Part shown: in pieces, positions 10,589 through 18,800 of the stretch
How positions within the stretch are numbered: position 1 is the stretch's first letter
Layout of the letters: every line of letters starts with the position of its first letter
From: Candidatus Bathyarchaeota archaeon
GTDB taxonomy: Archaea > Thermoproteota > Bathyarchaeia > 40CM-2-53-6
Direction of reading: 5' to 3'
DNA length: 64,000 bases
Assembly (NCBI GenBank): GCA_963733055.1
Contig: CAVTBR010000001.1
Coordinates: 608,001-672,000 of the forward strand
Program-made: the position numbers and the translations under genes
Notes under the pieces: generated by a model
The model's input: the letters and a program-made list of their open reading frames with translations, nothing else
What the model was told of the DNA's origin: nothing
Database searches by the model: none

Positions 10589-10678
10589 ATCAACGCCGAT
10601 AAAGGGCGGTTTTGACATAAGGTAGCTGCCGTGACCTAGTCCTGCTCCCATGTCGAGCACGGTCTTACCCTCTATAAA
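10589..10678 (-). pseudogene. Relic of a class I SAM-methyltransferase N-terminus
   Basis: Manual translation FIEGKTVLDMGAGLGHGSYLMSKPPFIGVD matches motif I plus the post-I strand; stop-bounded with no start codon upstream of the motif. Confidence 0.6.
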
Positions 10679-10864
10679 TGATACCGATACGCTTTAAACA
10701 AAACCCTAGTACTTTGTAATCGGAACCCTCCAAGAGAACCACCTATCAGGAATGACTAGTGTACGCATCTCGATGAAGGGTAGTGGACGACCGTACTCTA
10801 GTAGTAGAACAAATCGTCGCGCTCTTGATGCCGCTAGACTACTAGCATCCACTCTACCGCGCAC

Positions 10865-11801
10865 TCAAATCTCTATTATCGAGTAAGCGATGTTGAAGTG
10901 CGATCCGGTTCCTCCGGCGTTGACTGCGTGACCCAAATCAAACCAATACTGCGTCCCAACCGTCAATCCGCGGTATGGTAACTGGAAAAATGGCGGTTGG
11001 GTTGTAGCCGCTGCCCCTATACGGCAGAACCAGAACACCCCCTGAGGGAAGGCTTGCACCAAAACTCGGCGCCGTCCCCGTCCCATACCAAACTGCCGCA
11101 AACGTACCGAACACAGGATTATTACTGAACAAGTCAACGGCGGCGACAACGAGAACATTCCCCGTCAATGTGGGAGTAAAATGAATCGCCAGCCCATCCG
11201 CCTCCATGGCTGATCCCGAAGTGTTCATGGTATTTGTGAAGCTAGATGGATTGCTTGGATTCGCATACGTTGCGTTGGGTGAGCTTTGTCCAACTTGTGC
11301 TGCGAGCATTGCTCCGCCTGCATTCATCGAAGCCACTGTCCCCGTCCCATTCTTCCACTGCTGCAAATTCGCAGTCTGACTCGCTGCACCCTGCGCCACG
11401 ATTGGTATGGCGCCTGGGTCACTCACGAAACCGGATAGGGCAGTCGCACCCGAACTCGACGCCGTTCCCTGCACACCCGTACCGGTGGTAGCGGTTCCGA
11501 GAACGCCCGTGCCAGCGGTGCAATCGCCCTGAAGTCCAGCTGAACTACCCGTATTCACGGCGTGGAAAGCTGCCGGAGCGCCAGAAGCAGTAAGCAAAGT
11601 AGTAGCGGTACCAGTATTGCTGGTGCCAATGACTATGTTATCTCCGTCGGCAGCTTTGACCGGAGGAAGAATATTCTTCCCGGGTAATCGATCAAGGAGT
11701 AACCCTGCAACGCCAGCCGACGCTGTTAAAGTGAGGATCTTGCGGAGGAAACCTCTGCGGTTGTTGCTATCGGATTCTTTCATCTTAGATGAATCCTTCA
11801 A
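10865..11801 (-). CDS. Twin-arginine-signal secreted Gly/Thr-rich protein, probably frameshifted near 10970
   Basis: NRRGFLRK Tat motif + hydrophobic helix + VKA site; GTGVxG repeats. C-terminus continues naturally as GLTVGTQYWFDL...IIEI in the overlapping frame ending at 10865. Confidence 0.65.
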
Positions 11802-12063
11802 CTTTCCCTCCGTTCTTCATCCTGAAATCTCAGTCCAACACTTTCCCGTTCAAACATTCCACATGCCCGACTCAGGTTAGCAGGTTCAGCACAATAATTC
11901 CGAAACTAGGATGCGTTGACCATGGCCGTAGCCTTACTCGGTAAATATTGAAGCGCCCCCATGTACCGTCATTAGGTAAACCTTGAACTCTCGACCGAAT
12001 CTTAGGTTAATTGAGAAGTTCTTGGTTAGAGCTGCCAACCTCGTCAATGCGAAACCGAAACTA

Positions 12064-13263
12064 TCAATGCGATCTGAAATCATCAGCCTTGATCAGGGTT
12101 CTCAGCCGGCTAGTCAGCCCCGGTGATCCTTTCGATTTCCTTCGAAGTTGCTCCAATTCATGTAAGTTGGCGAAGAGTATTGGACGATCACTGTCACTGT
12201 AAACACCCTCCTTTGATTGCGCAACGCTGGTGCCCCAAGCGGCCAATTTCGAAATATCGCCTGAACCAACGTCCGGGAAGGCGGTTTGCAAATCTGATCT
12301 GCACAAGTACAAATACAGCAGTAATGAGGTTGCGGGGTTCAACTCGTACCTGCTCAGAGTAATCGAGTCAAGACCTGTAATCCGCTTGTATGATTCTCCG
12401 AAGAGGCTTTTGAATGACTCATGAAAACCATTCAATTTAGCCAACATCTCGCTTGAGACTTTGTTCCCTTCAAGTTTCAATAGGAGCCTTGCATAATTCA
12501 ACAAGTGTGTAGAGCGAGTTCCCACGAATTCATCACGAAGCCTATCATTTGCTGGAGTTTGGAGTCTAGGATTTTTCCACTGCTTCCTAGCGTAGAGGAG
12601 AAGATTTGATTGGTACCTAATCGAGCGTGCCTGATCGAAGTAGTAACAACCGAGGCAAATGTCCAGATAGTGAAAATCTGTGATTTCACGGAGGCGAAGG
12701 AAAAAGTCTGTGTCCTCGTAACCTAGTTCAACGAAAGCTGGATCGAATCCGCCAGCCTTGATCATCAACTCTTTCCGTCCCAAAGCAGAACCGGGAGCTA
12801 TGGCGAACCGAACCAGCATATCCTCCCAAGAAGGTGAATATCGCCGGCTGGAAGCGAGTGTTGTAGAACCTAGTTTTTCCCCATTCCTGCTGACCATTTC
12901 AAGGTTGCCGAACGTTAAGCCGACCGAAGGATACTTGTCTAGGATTTCCAGTTGAAGTTGAAGCTTCTCTGGGATCCAAGTGTCATCGGAGTCTAGAAGT
13001 GCAATGTATTCGCCCCTGGCTGCATTCAAGCCAGTGTTGCGGGCAATCGATACTCCATTGTGCTTTTGCTGTACAAGTTGAATCCTACCCCCATAACCAC
13101 GTAACAATTCCAAGGTGGAATCTGTTGACCCATCATCGACGACGAGAATTTCGCGTTCTGCGTATGTCTGGTTCAGGGCACTGTCAATGGCGCGGCAGAT
13201 GGTCTCCTGTCCATTGTAAACAGGGATGATCACGCTTACTTGCGGAGGCCTTGTTTCAGGCAT
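12064..13263 (-). CDS. GT2 glycosyltransferase with C-terminal RSDLQxAFP domain (paralog B)
   Basis: VSVIIPVYNG, VVDDGSTD, LLDSDD, GYEDTDF. Likely start ATG 13263 overlaps the stop of the upstream paralog. Confidence 0.88.
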   Translation of the reverse strand: MPETRPPQVSVIIPVYNGQETICRAIDSALNQTYAEREILVVDDGSTDSTLELLRGYGGRIQLVQQKHNGVSIARNTGLNAARGEYIALLDSDDTWIPEKLQLQLEILDKYPSVGLTFGNLEMVSRNGEKLGSTTLASSRRYSPSWEDMLVRFAIAPGSALGRKELMIKAGGFDPAFVELGYEDTDFFLRLREITDFHYLDICLGCYYFDQARSIRYQSNLLLYARKQWKNPRLQTPANDRLRDEFVGTRSTHLLNYARLLLKLEGNKVSSEMLAKLNGFHESFKSLFGESYKRITGLDSITLSRYELNPATSLLLYLYLCRSDLQTAFPDVGSGDISKLAAWGTSVAQSKEGVYSDSDRPILFANLHELEQLRRKSKGSPGLTSRLRTLIKADDFRSH

Positions 13264-14392
13264 TTCGCGCACCTCTAAGGCGTTCCAAATCGGCACTGTA
13301 GCCTAGAAGTATCGGTCGGTCACTATCATTACGAATGCCTCTTGCAACACTGAACCCCCAATCCACTAATCTCGAGAGATCGCCTGAGCCTACTTCCGGG
13401 TACGCGGCTTGCAAATCCGATCGGCATAGATACAAATAGAGGAGCATCGAAATCGCGGTATTCGATTCATATCTACTCAGATCGATCGGGTCAAAGGGTG
13501 CAACTTGTTTGTATGAATCTCCGAAAATGTCTTTGAAAGCCTCGTGGTAGCCGTTTACCTGCTCCAACATTTCCCTAGAGACCTTGTCACCGTTGGCTCG
13601 TACTGACAGCCTCATTACCCATCTCATTTCCTCGTTGCATCTCTTCATGAATTCAACGCGCAAGTGGCCATCTGCGTCGCGTCGGAGCCTAGGATGATTC
13701 CAGTATTTCCTAGCATACGGGAAAAGATTCGTTATGTGCCGTAGTCCATGCGCTTGGTCGTAAGAGTAGTATGCTAGGCATAGGTCTAGGTAATGGAAGT
13801 CCGTTATTTCACGGAGCCGAAGGGAAAAGTCGCGATCTTCGTAGCCGTGTGAAGTGAACAGCTCCGCGTCGAAACCACCTATTTTGAGTATCATGTCCTT
13901 TCGAGCAAGCACTGTTGAGGGTGGAACGATAGTTCCCTTTAGCAGAATGTCTTCCCAAGAAGGGGCATATCGCATATACGACGGCACTGTTGTGAATCCT
14001 AGTTTCTCCCCCTGCTTGTTGACAACTTCTAGGTTGCCGAACGTTAAACCGACCGAAGGATGCTTCCGGAGGATTGCTACCTGAATTGCTAGTTTTTCTT
14101 GAACCCAAGAATCGTCCGCGTCGAGAAAAGCTAAATATTCTCCACGAGCAAGCCTGATTCCGTGGTTACGCGCACTTGCGAGACTACTTTTCTCTCGTTC
14201 AGCTAACCGAATCTTGGAGCCATACTGACGTAACAATTTGTTGGTTGAGTCGGTGGACCCATCATCTACGACGATAACTTCAAGCTCACGGTAACTCTGC
14301 GCTAAGACGCTATCTACTGCGCGGCAGATAGTCTCCTCTCCGTTGAAAACCGGAATGATTACGCTGACTAGTGGGGAGTTGGGTTCAGGCAT
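13256..14392 (-). CDS. GT2 glycosyltransferase with C-terminal RSDLQxAYP domain (paralog A)
   Basis: VSVIIPVFNG, VVDDGSTD, FLDADD, GYEDRDF; colinear with paralog B over nearly its whole length. Confidence 0.88.
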   Translation of the reverse strand: MPEPNSPLVSVIIPVFNGEETICRAVDSVLAQSYRELEVIVVDDGSTDSTNKLLRQYGSKIRLAEREKSSLASARNHGIRLARGEYLAFLDADDSWVQEKLAIQVAILRKHPSVGLTFGNLEVVNKQGEKLGFTTVPSYMRYAPSWEDILLKGTIVPPSTVLARKDMILKIGGFDAELFTSHGYEDRDFSLRLREITDFHYLDLCLAYYSYDQAHGLRHITNLFPYARKYWNHPRLRRDADGHLRVEFMKRCNEEMRWVMRLSVRANGDKVSREMLEQVNGYHEAFKDIFGDSYKQVAPFDPIDLSRYESNTAISMLLYLYLCRSDLQAAYPEVGSGDLSRLVDWGFSVARGIRNDSDRPILLGYSADLERLRGARNA

Positions 14393-14396
14393 TACA

Positions 14397-14482
14397 GGAT
14401 CCAGGTGTCAATGTGACTCAGCAGGTGATCATTTCGTCTGTGAATACCATTGGATTGATTTTCGTATACCCAACTCAATCCC
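14397..14482. repeat. 86-bp direct repeat, copy 1 (flanks RelE/antitoxin module)
   Basis: 79/86 identical by eye to 15051-15136 (ggatccagStgtcaatgtgactcagcaggtgatcatttcgtctgtg...cccaactcaatccc). Confidence 0.95.
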
Positions 14483-14494
14483 CGATATGGCGGC

Positions 14495-14770
14495 CTACTT
14501 CATTGTCGTTTCGTAAACAGAGATTTCACGCTTCGCTTTGTCAACCACGAAACCGATTCGGTATCTACCTATCCTTATCCGCCAAGCATCATCCCTTCCA
14601 CCCAGTTTCTCTAAATCCCAGTCTAGGAATGGAAAGTTAGCGAGGTCGTTAACGGCACGAATTACCTCCTGTTTCCTACCGGATTCCGGGATTGAGTCTA
14701 TGAATTTCTCTGCTTTACGGTATACGGTCACTTTGTATCTTGGAGAGGTGCTTCTTGTTGAATTCTTCAA
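14495..14770 (-). CDS. RelE/ParE-family type II toxin
   Basis: 91 aa basic protein; YKVTVYRKAEKFIDS...LEKLGGRDDAWRIRIGRYRIGFVVD is a typical RelE pattern. Confidence 0.85.
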   Translation of the reverse strand: MKNSTRSTSPRYKVTVYRKAEKFIDSIPESGRKQEVIRAVNDLANFPFLDWDLEKLGGRDDAWRIRIGRYRIGFVVDKAKREISVYETTMK

Positions 14771-14773
14771 GAC

Positions 14774-14983
14774 TCATCGATTCACCCTTTTGCGCATTCG
14801 GTCGAGTGCACTGTCGATCTCAGCCAACTCCTCTTTACTAAGTTCGACTTTGTCGGCTCTCTTTTTGAGAAGTTCCTCTTCCAACAGTTCGGTGTATTCG
14901 ATTAGCCTGTAAATGGCTTGGATGGCCTCGCGTGAAGCCTCGTATACTGGTTTCACTACCTCTTCTAAGACCATATCACTCAT
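14774..14983 (-). CDS. Putative cognate antitoxin (acidic, about 70 aa)
   Basis: Small acidic ORF (ELSKEELAEIDSAL) ending 3 bp before the toxin start; likely start MSDMVLEE at 14983 (ORF track extends to 15028). Confidence 0.7.
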   Translation of the reverse strand: MSDMVLEEVVKPVYEASREAIQAIYRLIEYTELLEEELLKKRADKVELSKEELAEIDSALDRMRKRVNR

Positions 14984-15050
14984 TCGCGGATGGCATGTGG
15001 GTAAAATTCGCCTATAGGTTTTATGCAATTAACCCAACCTGCCGAGTCCC

Positions 15051-15136
15051 GGATCCAGCTGTCAATGTGACTCAGCAGGTGATCATTTCGTCTGTGCGTA
15101 CCATTGGACCGATTTCCGTAAACCCAACTCAATCCC
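15051..15136. repeat. 86-bp direct repeat, copy 2
   Basis: Matches 14397-14482 with 7 mismatches. Confidence 0.95.
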
Positions 15137-15186
15137 GGTCTTAGGCTTGTAGCCCATCTTACGTTTCGCTTTCGCAATATTGGTCC

Positions 15187-16023
15187 TCACTTTCTCCCAA
15201 TGGCTCTTCGTATTGTTTTTCCAAAAGGAACCCGTCGGCCAATTTTCAAACTTAGGCTGTCATTCAGTTTCTGGGTTTGGGCGGTCAGTGTTTCCACTTG
15301 TCGGTTTAGCATATCGATTTGATTCTCAAGTGAGTGGATTGTGTTCTGGAGGTGCGATTCTCTCGCGGGCTGGAAGGAAAATCGTTCTGAAGAAGCGTAA
15401 AGGTGTACGATGAAGGTTTCTTCGGCTTCGTTTGGTGGAGCTCGGGATTGCTCCTGGTAGGGGAAGATGGGGTAGAAATATTCTTGAGGTAAGGCTCGAG
15501 TGGTTAGGTTGAACTTCTTGAGGTATTGCGTAAACAGCGGAACCCATAATTCACCGGGGCGCCACTCTGCGGGGTCCAACTCGACGCATTCCCTGTACAG
15601 CTGATCCAGCATCTCATTGCCTTTCGGAAACTTGAGTACGGCGTTGTTCACTTTGGTGGGAGTCTCCCAGGCGAACACGTAGTCGAGGCCGAATAGCGGG
15701 GTTAGGGGCTTGATGAGAACACAATCCGCATCAAAGTACCACCCCCCCTTCGCATAAAGTAACTTATACCGAAACAGGGTGCTCACCGCCGAAAATCCGG
15801 CCCCTCCGAAAGCCGCCCTCCAGCGCTCCGCGACATCTCGTGGAAGAAATTCACCTGCGTCGTGGCAGACGACGCCGGGAATCTGGGGGTTAAGGTTACG
15901 ATCATACGAATAGAGGTGAACTGTAACTCCGGGAAATCTAGTAAACGACCTCAAGCCAAAATCTGCAATCCAATTCAATGACCCCTCGTACCAGAAGAAC
16001 TGAAACTCGTTGGGATTCGCCAT
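15187..16023 (-). CDS. DxD-type glycosyltransferase (GT32/Och1-like) with C-terminal coiled coil
   Basis: FFWYEG, SAVSTLFRYKLLYAKGGWYFDAD, FYPI; tail LENQIDMLNRQVETL...SLSLKIGRRVPFG. Confidence 0.82.
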   Translation of the reverse strand: MANPNEFQFFWYEGSLNWIADFGLRSFTRFPGVTVHLYSYDRNLNPQIPGVVCHDAGEFLPRDVAERWRAAFGGAGFSAVSTLFRYKLLYAKGGWYFDADCVLIKPLTPLFGLDYVFAWETPTKVNNAVLKFPKGNEMLDQLYRECVELDPAEWRPGELWVPLFTQYLKKFNLTTRALPQEYFYPIFPYQEQSRAPPNEAEETFIVHLYASSERFSFQPARESHLQNTIHSLENQIDMLNRQVETLTAQTQKLNDSLSLKIGRRVPFGKTIRRAIGRK

Positions 16024-16229
16024 GCGGCAAAGTGGGGGAGGTGCGGTAAATATCTATGTCCGTCCAGTTCACCGAATTTCGGTTTCCCGACACCCCTAAA
16101 GGGGTACGGAATAACTCGACTAGCTCACGAAACGTAGACGTGGCGGTACGGTAGGCCGTTAGAATCAAAAGTCTCTTATCGCGACGTGAAGTGCCACGCC
16201 TGTCCAAGGATTTGCGTGATGGTTGCTTT

Positions 16230-17132
16230 ATGCATGTTACGGTTCTGATTCCTGTTTACAATCGTGAACGTTTCATCGAAGATGCTCTTGACTCCGTGGT
16301 TGCTCAGGATTACCATGACTGGGATATTGTAGTTGTTGACGACGGTTCGACTGATCGAACGGTGGAAGTTGTCAAATCCAGAATGTCAGATGATCGAATC
16401 ACACTAATTGAGATGAAGCATGGAGGTTGCGCCGCAGCTAATGCAAGGGGTCTTGAATATGCCCGCGGTCCCGTAATAACGAGTTTAGGCAGTGACGATA
16501 AGCTTATGCCTGATTCGCTTTCGAGTGTAGTGCCGTTATTCGAAAATAATCCACGTCTTGGTTATGTTTGGACGAACTTCGTTTATTCGACCGGTGATCA
16601 GGGTGTGAGTGATTTTCTTCCTCACGAGAAGACATTTCTTGAGGCATTGATCTCAGGGTGGTGGAGAGCGAGCTGCCAGCATTTTTTCAGAAAAGAAATT
16701 TACTCACAGTCTGAAGGATTAGATACCTCGATAGAATATGCAGTAGATTTCCAGCTTGCTTTTCTTATCGGAAAAACCGGTTGCGATACGATGCACATAC
16801 CTAAGGTGACCTATTGGGTTAGAATACATTCTCATAGAATTAGCAATGAGCATCATGCTGAGCAATTGGAAGCTTACCTTTTGTTGAGACGAAAGTTTCG
16901 CAGCGAAAACATGGACCTTACGGAGCAATACATTACCGAATTGGAAAAGCAGATCGGAGAGGGTAGAGAGCAAATCAAAGAGTTGAAAAGCAATTACGCA
17001 GAGCAAATCAAGGAGTTGGAAAATGGTCGCTCGGAGCAAATCAAGCAATACGAAAACAGTTACGCTTTACGCTTAGCGCGAAGACTACCCTTCGGAGCCC
17101 AAATCCGAAAGCTACTTACCTCGAACAAATGA
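16230..17132 (+). CDS. GT2 glycosyltransferase with C-terminal 11-aa-repeat coiled coil
   Basis: MHVTVLIPVYNRE, VVDDGSTD, LGSDD; EQIKELK/EQIKELE/EQIKQYE repeats; tail SYALRLARRLPFG. Confidence 0.88.
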   Translation: MHVTVLIPVYNRERFIEDALDSVVAQDYHDWDIVVVDDGSTDRTVEVVKSRMSDDRITLIEMKHGGCAAANARGLEYARGPVITSLGSDDKLMPDSLSSVVPLFENNPRLGYVWTNFVYSTGDQGVSDFLPHEKTFLEALISGWWRASCQHFFRKEIYSQSEGLDTSIEYAVDFQLAFLIGKTGCDTMHIPKVTYWVRIHSHRISNEHHAEQLEAYLLLRRKFRSENMDLTEQYITELEKQIGEGREQIKELKSNYAEQIKELENGRSEQIKQYENSYALRLARRLPFGAQIRKLLTSNK

Positions 17133-17297
17133 AACGAGTTGGCCATTCGTCTTGTCGTGTGCGTGCGGCATAGCTGGTGCGCACACAGTTTTCAAACGAT
17201 TAACAACGAAAGGGCAATTTCCGAAGCTCGCACCAACGATACCACACACTTCTCACGGAACGACGACGGTCTGTGTCACGCGAACGACTGCCAAGGA

Positions 17298-17729
17298 TTA
17301 GCCTGTGGGAGTATATGTGGCGGTATAGGTGGTGCTCTGGGTTGGGAAACTGGAGATGGAGCATCCGGGCCCGAGCCTCACCGTCACCGTGACGACTCCT
17401 GCGCCGAGGGTGATGGTTTGTGAGAAGGGGTATTCGTTGATGCCGCCTTGAAGCGTATACGTTCCGCTAGGGGCTACTATTGTGGCCACTCCATTCGGGC
17501 CAGTATATGCCCACTGGTCAAACGTGAAGCCTCGAAGTTGGACCGGCGCGTACGGAATCGGGTTACCGGCACAGTTGAGAACCGTAACCATAACCGAACC
17601 CGTACCTTGCTCTAGTGAAATTCCAACGCCGCTAACGACCACGCCAATAGCTCCAGGAACAGTAGATATCGCAAGAAAAGCAGTTACAACAAGCAACAGA
17701 CCGACTGATCCGAATTTTCGCAAACCCAT
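17298..17729 (-). CDS. Small secreted beta-sandwich protein (carboxypeptidase-regulatory/prealbumin-like fold), paralog 1
   Basis: Signal peptide RKFGSVGLLL; VTVLNCAGNPIPYAPVQL...YTGPNGVATIVAPSGTYTLQGG...GPGCS; Ser/Thr tail. Confidence 0.72.
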   Translation of the reverse strand: MGLRKFGSVGLLLVVTAFLAISTVPGAIGVVVSGVGISLEQGTGSVMVTVLNCAGNPIPYAPVQLRGFTFDQWAYTGPNGVATIVAPSGTYTLQGGINEYPFSQTITLGAGVVTVTVRLGPGCSISSFPTQSTTYTATYTPTG

Positions 17730-17892
17730 AACACTAACACACACTAACAAGATAGTCAGCTCACGGGAAGGAATATCAGAGTTACCCTCATTTATCACAC
17801 TGGCCCACTGAAAGAGTTGCCCCAAAACAATATTCTTCATTTGTGATGGCTAGGGCTTTAGGCCAGATTATCGCAGTAGAGGTAGGGTAAAG

Positions 17893-18099
17893 ATGGGAAT
17901 GCAAACCTACCACGTTGCTCTGGAAGAAGAGGAAGGCTGGTACGTAGTCCAATGCGTTGAACTACCAGGCGCAATCAGTCAGGGACGAACGCGCGAAGAA
18001 GCCCTAGCCAACATCAAGGAAGCCATCGAGCTTTTACTGGAACATCGAACGAGCAAGTTCGCTGGTCAGAGAGTAGAAGAGGTTGTCGTCTCAGCGTAG
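17893..18099 (+). CDS. hicB: HicB-family antitoxin (short archaeal type)
   Basis: EEEGWYVVQCVELPGAISQGRTREEALANIKEAIEL. Confidence 0.88.
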   Translation: MGMQTYHVALEEEEGWYVVQCVELPGAISQGRTREEALANIKEAIELLLEHRTSKFAGQRVEEVVVSA

Positions 18100-18176
18100 G
18101 CTCCCTATCCTATCTTGGAATGTTGAGAAACCTATTAACTAGCGCACTTCACATTCTGAAGAGAAGGGAACACGGC

Positions 18177-18401
18177 TTGGCGAAGAGATCTCTCGACTTT
18201 TCCTCGGTTGTTACCCAAGAGGGAAAATGGTATGTTGCTACCAGTCCCGAGCTTGGGATAACTAGTCAGGGGAAAAACTTCGAGGCCGCATTGGAGAACC
18301 TGCGCGAGGCCATCGAACTATACCTTGAGGATGACGAAGCGAAGGTTCCTGAAGTAAGCAGTCGGCCTATTGTGACCGTGGTCAAAGTTGCCCGGCCTTG
18401 A
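18177..18401 (+). CDS. hicB: Second HicB-family antitoxin
   Basis: EGKWYVATSPELGITSQGKNFEAALENLREAIELYLE; likely TTG start at 18177. Confidence 0.85.
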   Translation: MAKRSLDFSSVVTQEGKWYVATSPELGITSQGKNFEAALENLREAIELYLEDDEAKVPEVSSRPIVTVVKVARP

Positions 18402-18625
18402 GCAAACTCCCGGTGGTCTCTGGCCGCGAGATAATTAGGATTCTGACAAAGATCGGTTTCGAGATAGTTGGCCGCAAGGGAAGCCATGTCAGGCTGAAGA
18501 GACGCAGGAACAGAGAGCTATTGATAGTAGTAGTTCCCATGCATCGTGAACTTGCAAGAGGAACGCTCAGATCCATCCTGAGACAAGCCAACTTGACGAA
18601 CGAGGACTTGCTGCACCTATTGTAG
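18398..18625 (+). CDS. hicA: HicA-family mRNA interferase toxin
   Basis: KLPVVSGREIIRIL..GF...RKGSHVRL...VVPMHRELARGTLRSILRQA; 4-bp overlap with hicB. Confidence 0.9.
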   Translation: MSKLPVVSGREIIRILTKIGFEIVGRKGSHVRLKRRRNRELLIVVVPMHRELARGTLRSILRQANLTNEDLLHLL

Positions 18626-18643
18626 ATCGGAAATTGAATTAGA

Positions 18644-18740
18644 CTTCATTCAGCTTCCAAGCCATGGAAATATGCGTGCGATGATTCCAATCTAACCGGA
18701 AATTACTGTCGTTGTGGACGTTGTTCCGGGCCATAAGACT
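18644..18740. pseudogene. Fused relic fragments of a second copy of the dehydrogenase (3690-3718) and GT2 (4797-4867) genes
   Basis: cttcattcagcttccaagcc is identical to 3690-3709; the next ~70 bp encode ACDDSNL..EITVVVDVVPGHKT versus ACDDANISAEIIVVVDVVPGDNT at 4797-4867. Confidence 0.75.
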
Positions 18741-18800
18741 CGGTTAGTTCCTCAACGTAGGTTCTAAAAGTAAGTACGCTAGGGGATTGCCTCTCGTCTG

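Noticed and set aside
14397-15136. Integron attC sites or CRISPR repeats
   Set aside because: Only two copies, no RYYYAAC/GTTRRRY inverted cores, no regular spacers, and no integrase or cas genes
16087-16109. acccc-taaa-ggggt hairpin as an IS200/IS605 end
   Set aside because: Single short hairpin in a divergent promoter gap, with no tnpA/tnpB/iscB remnant nearby
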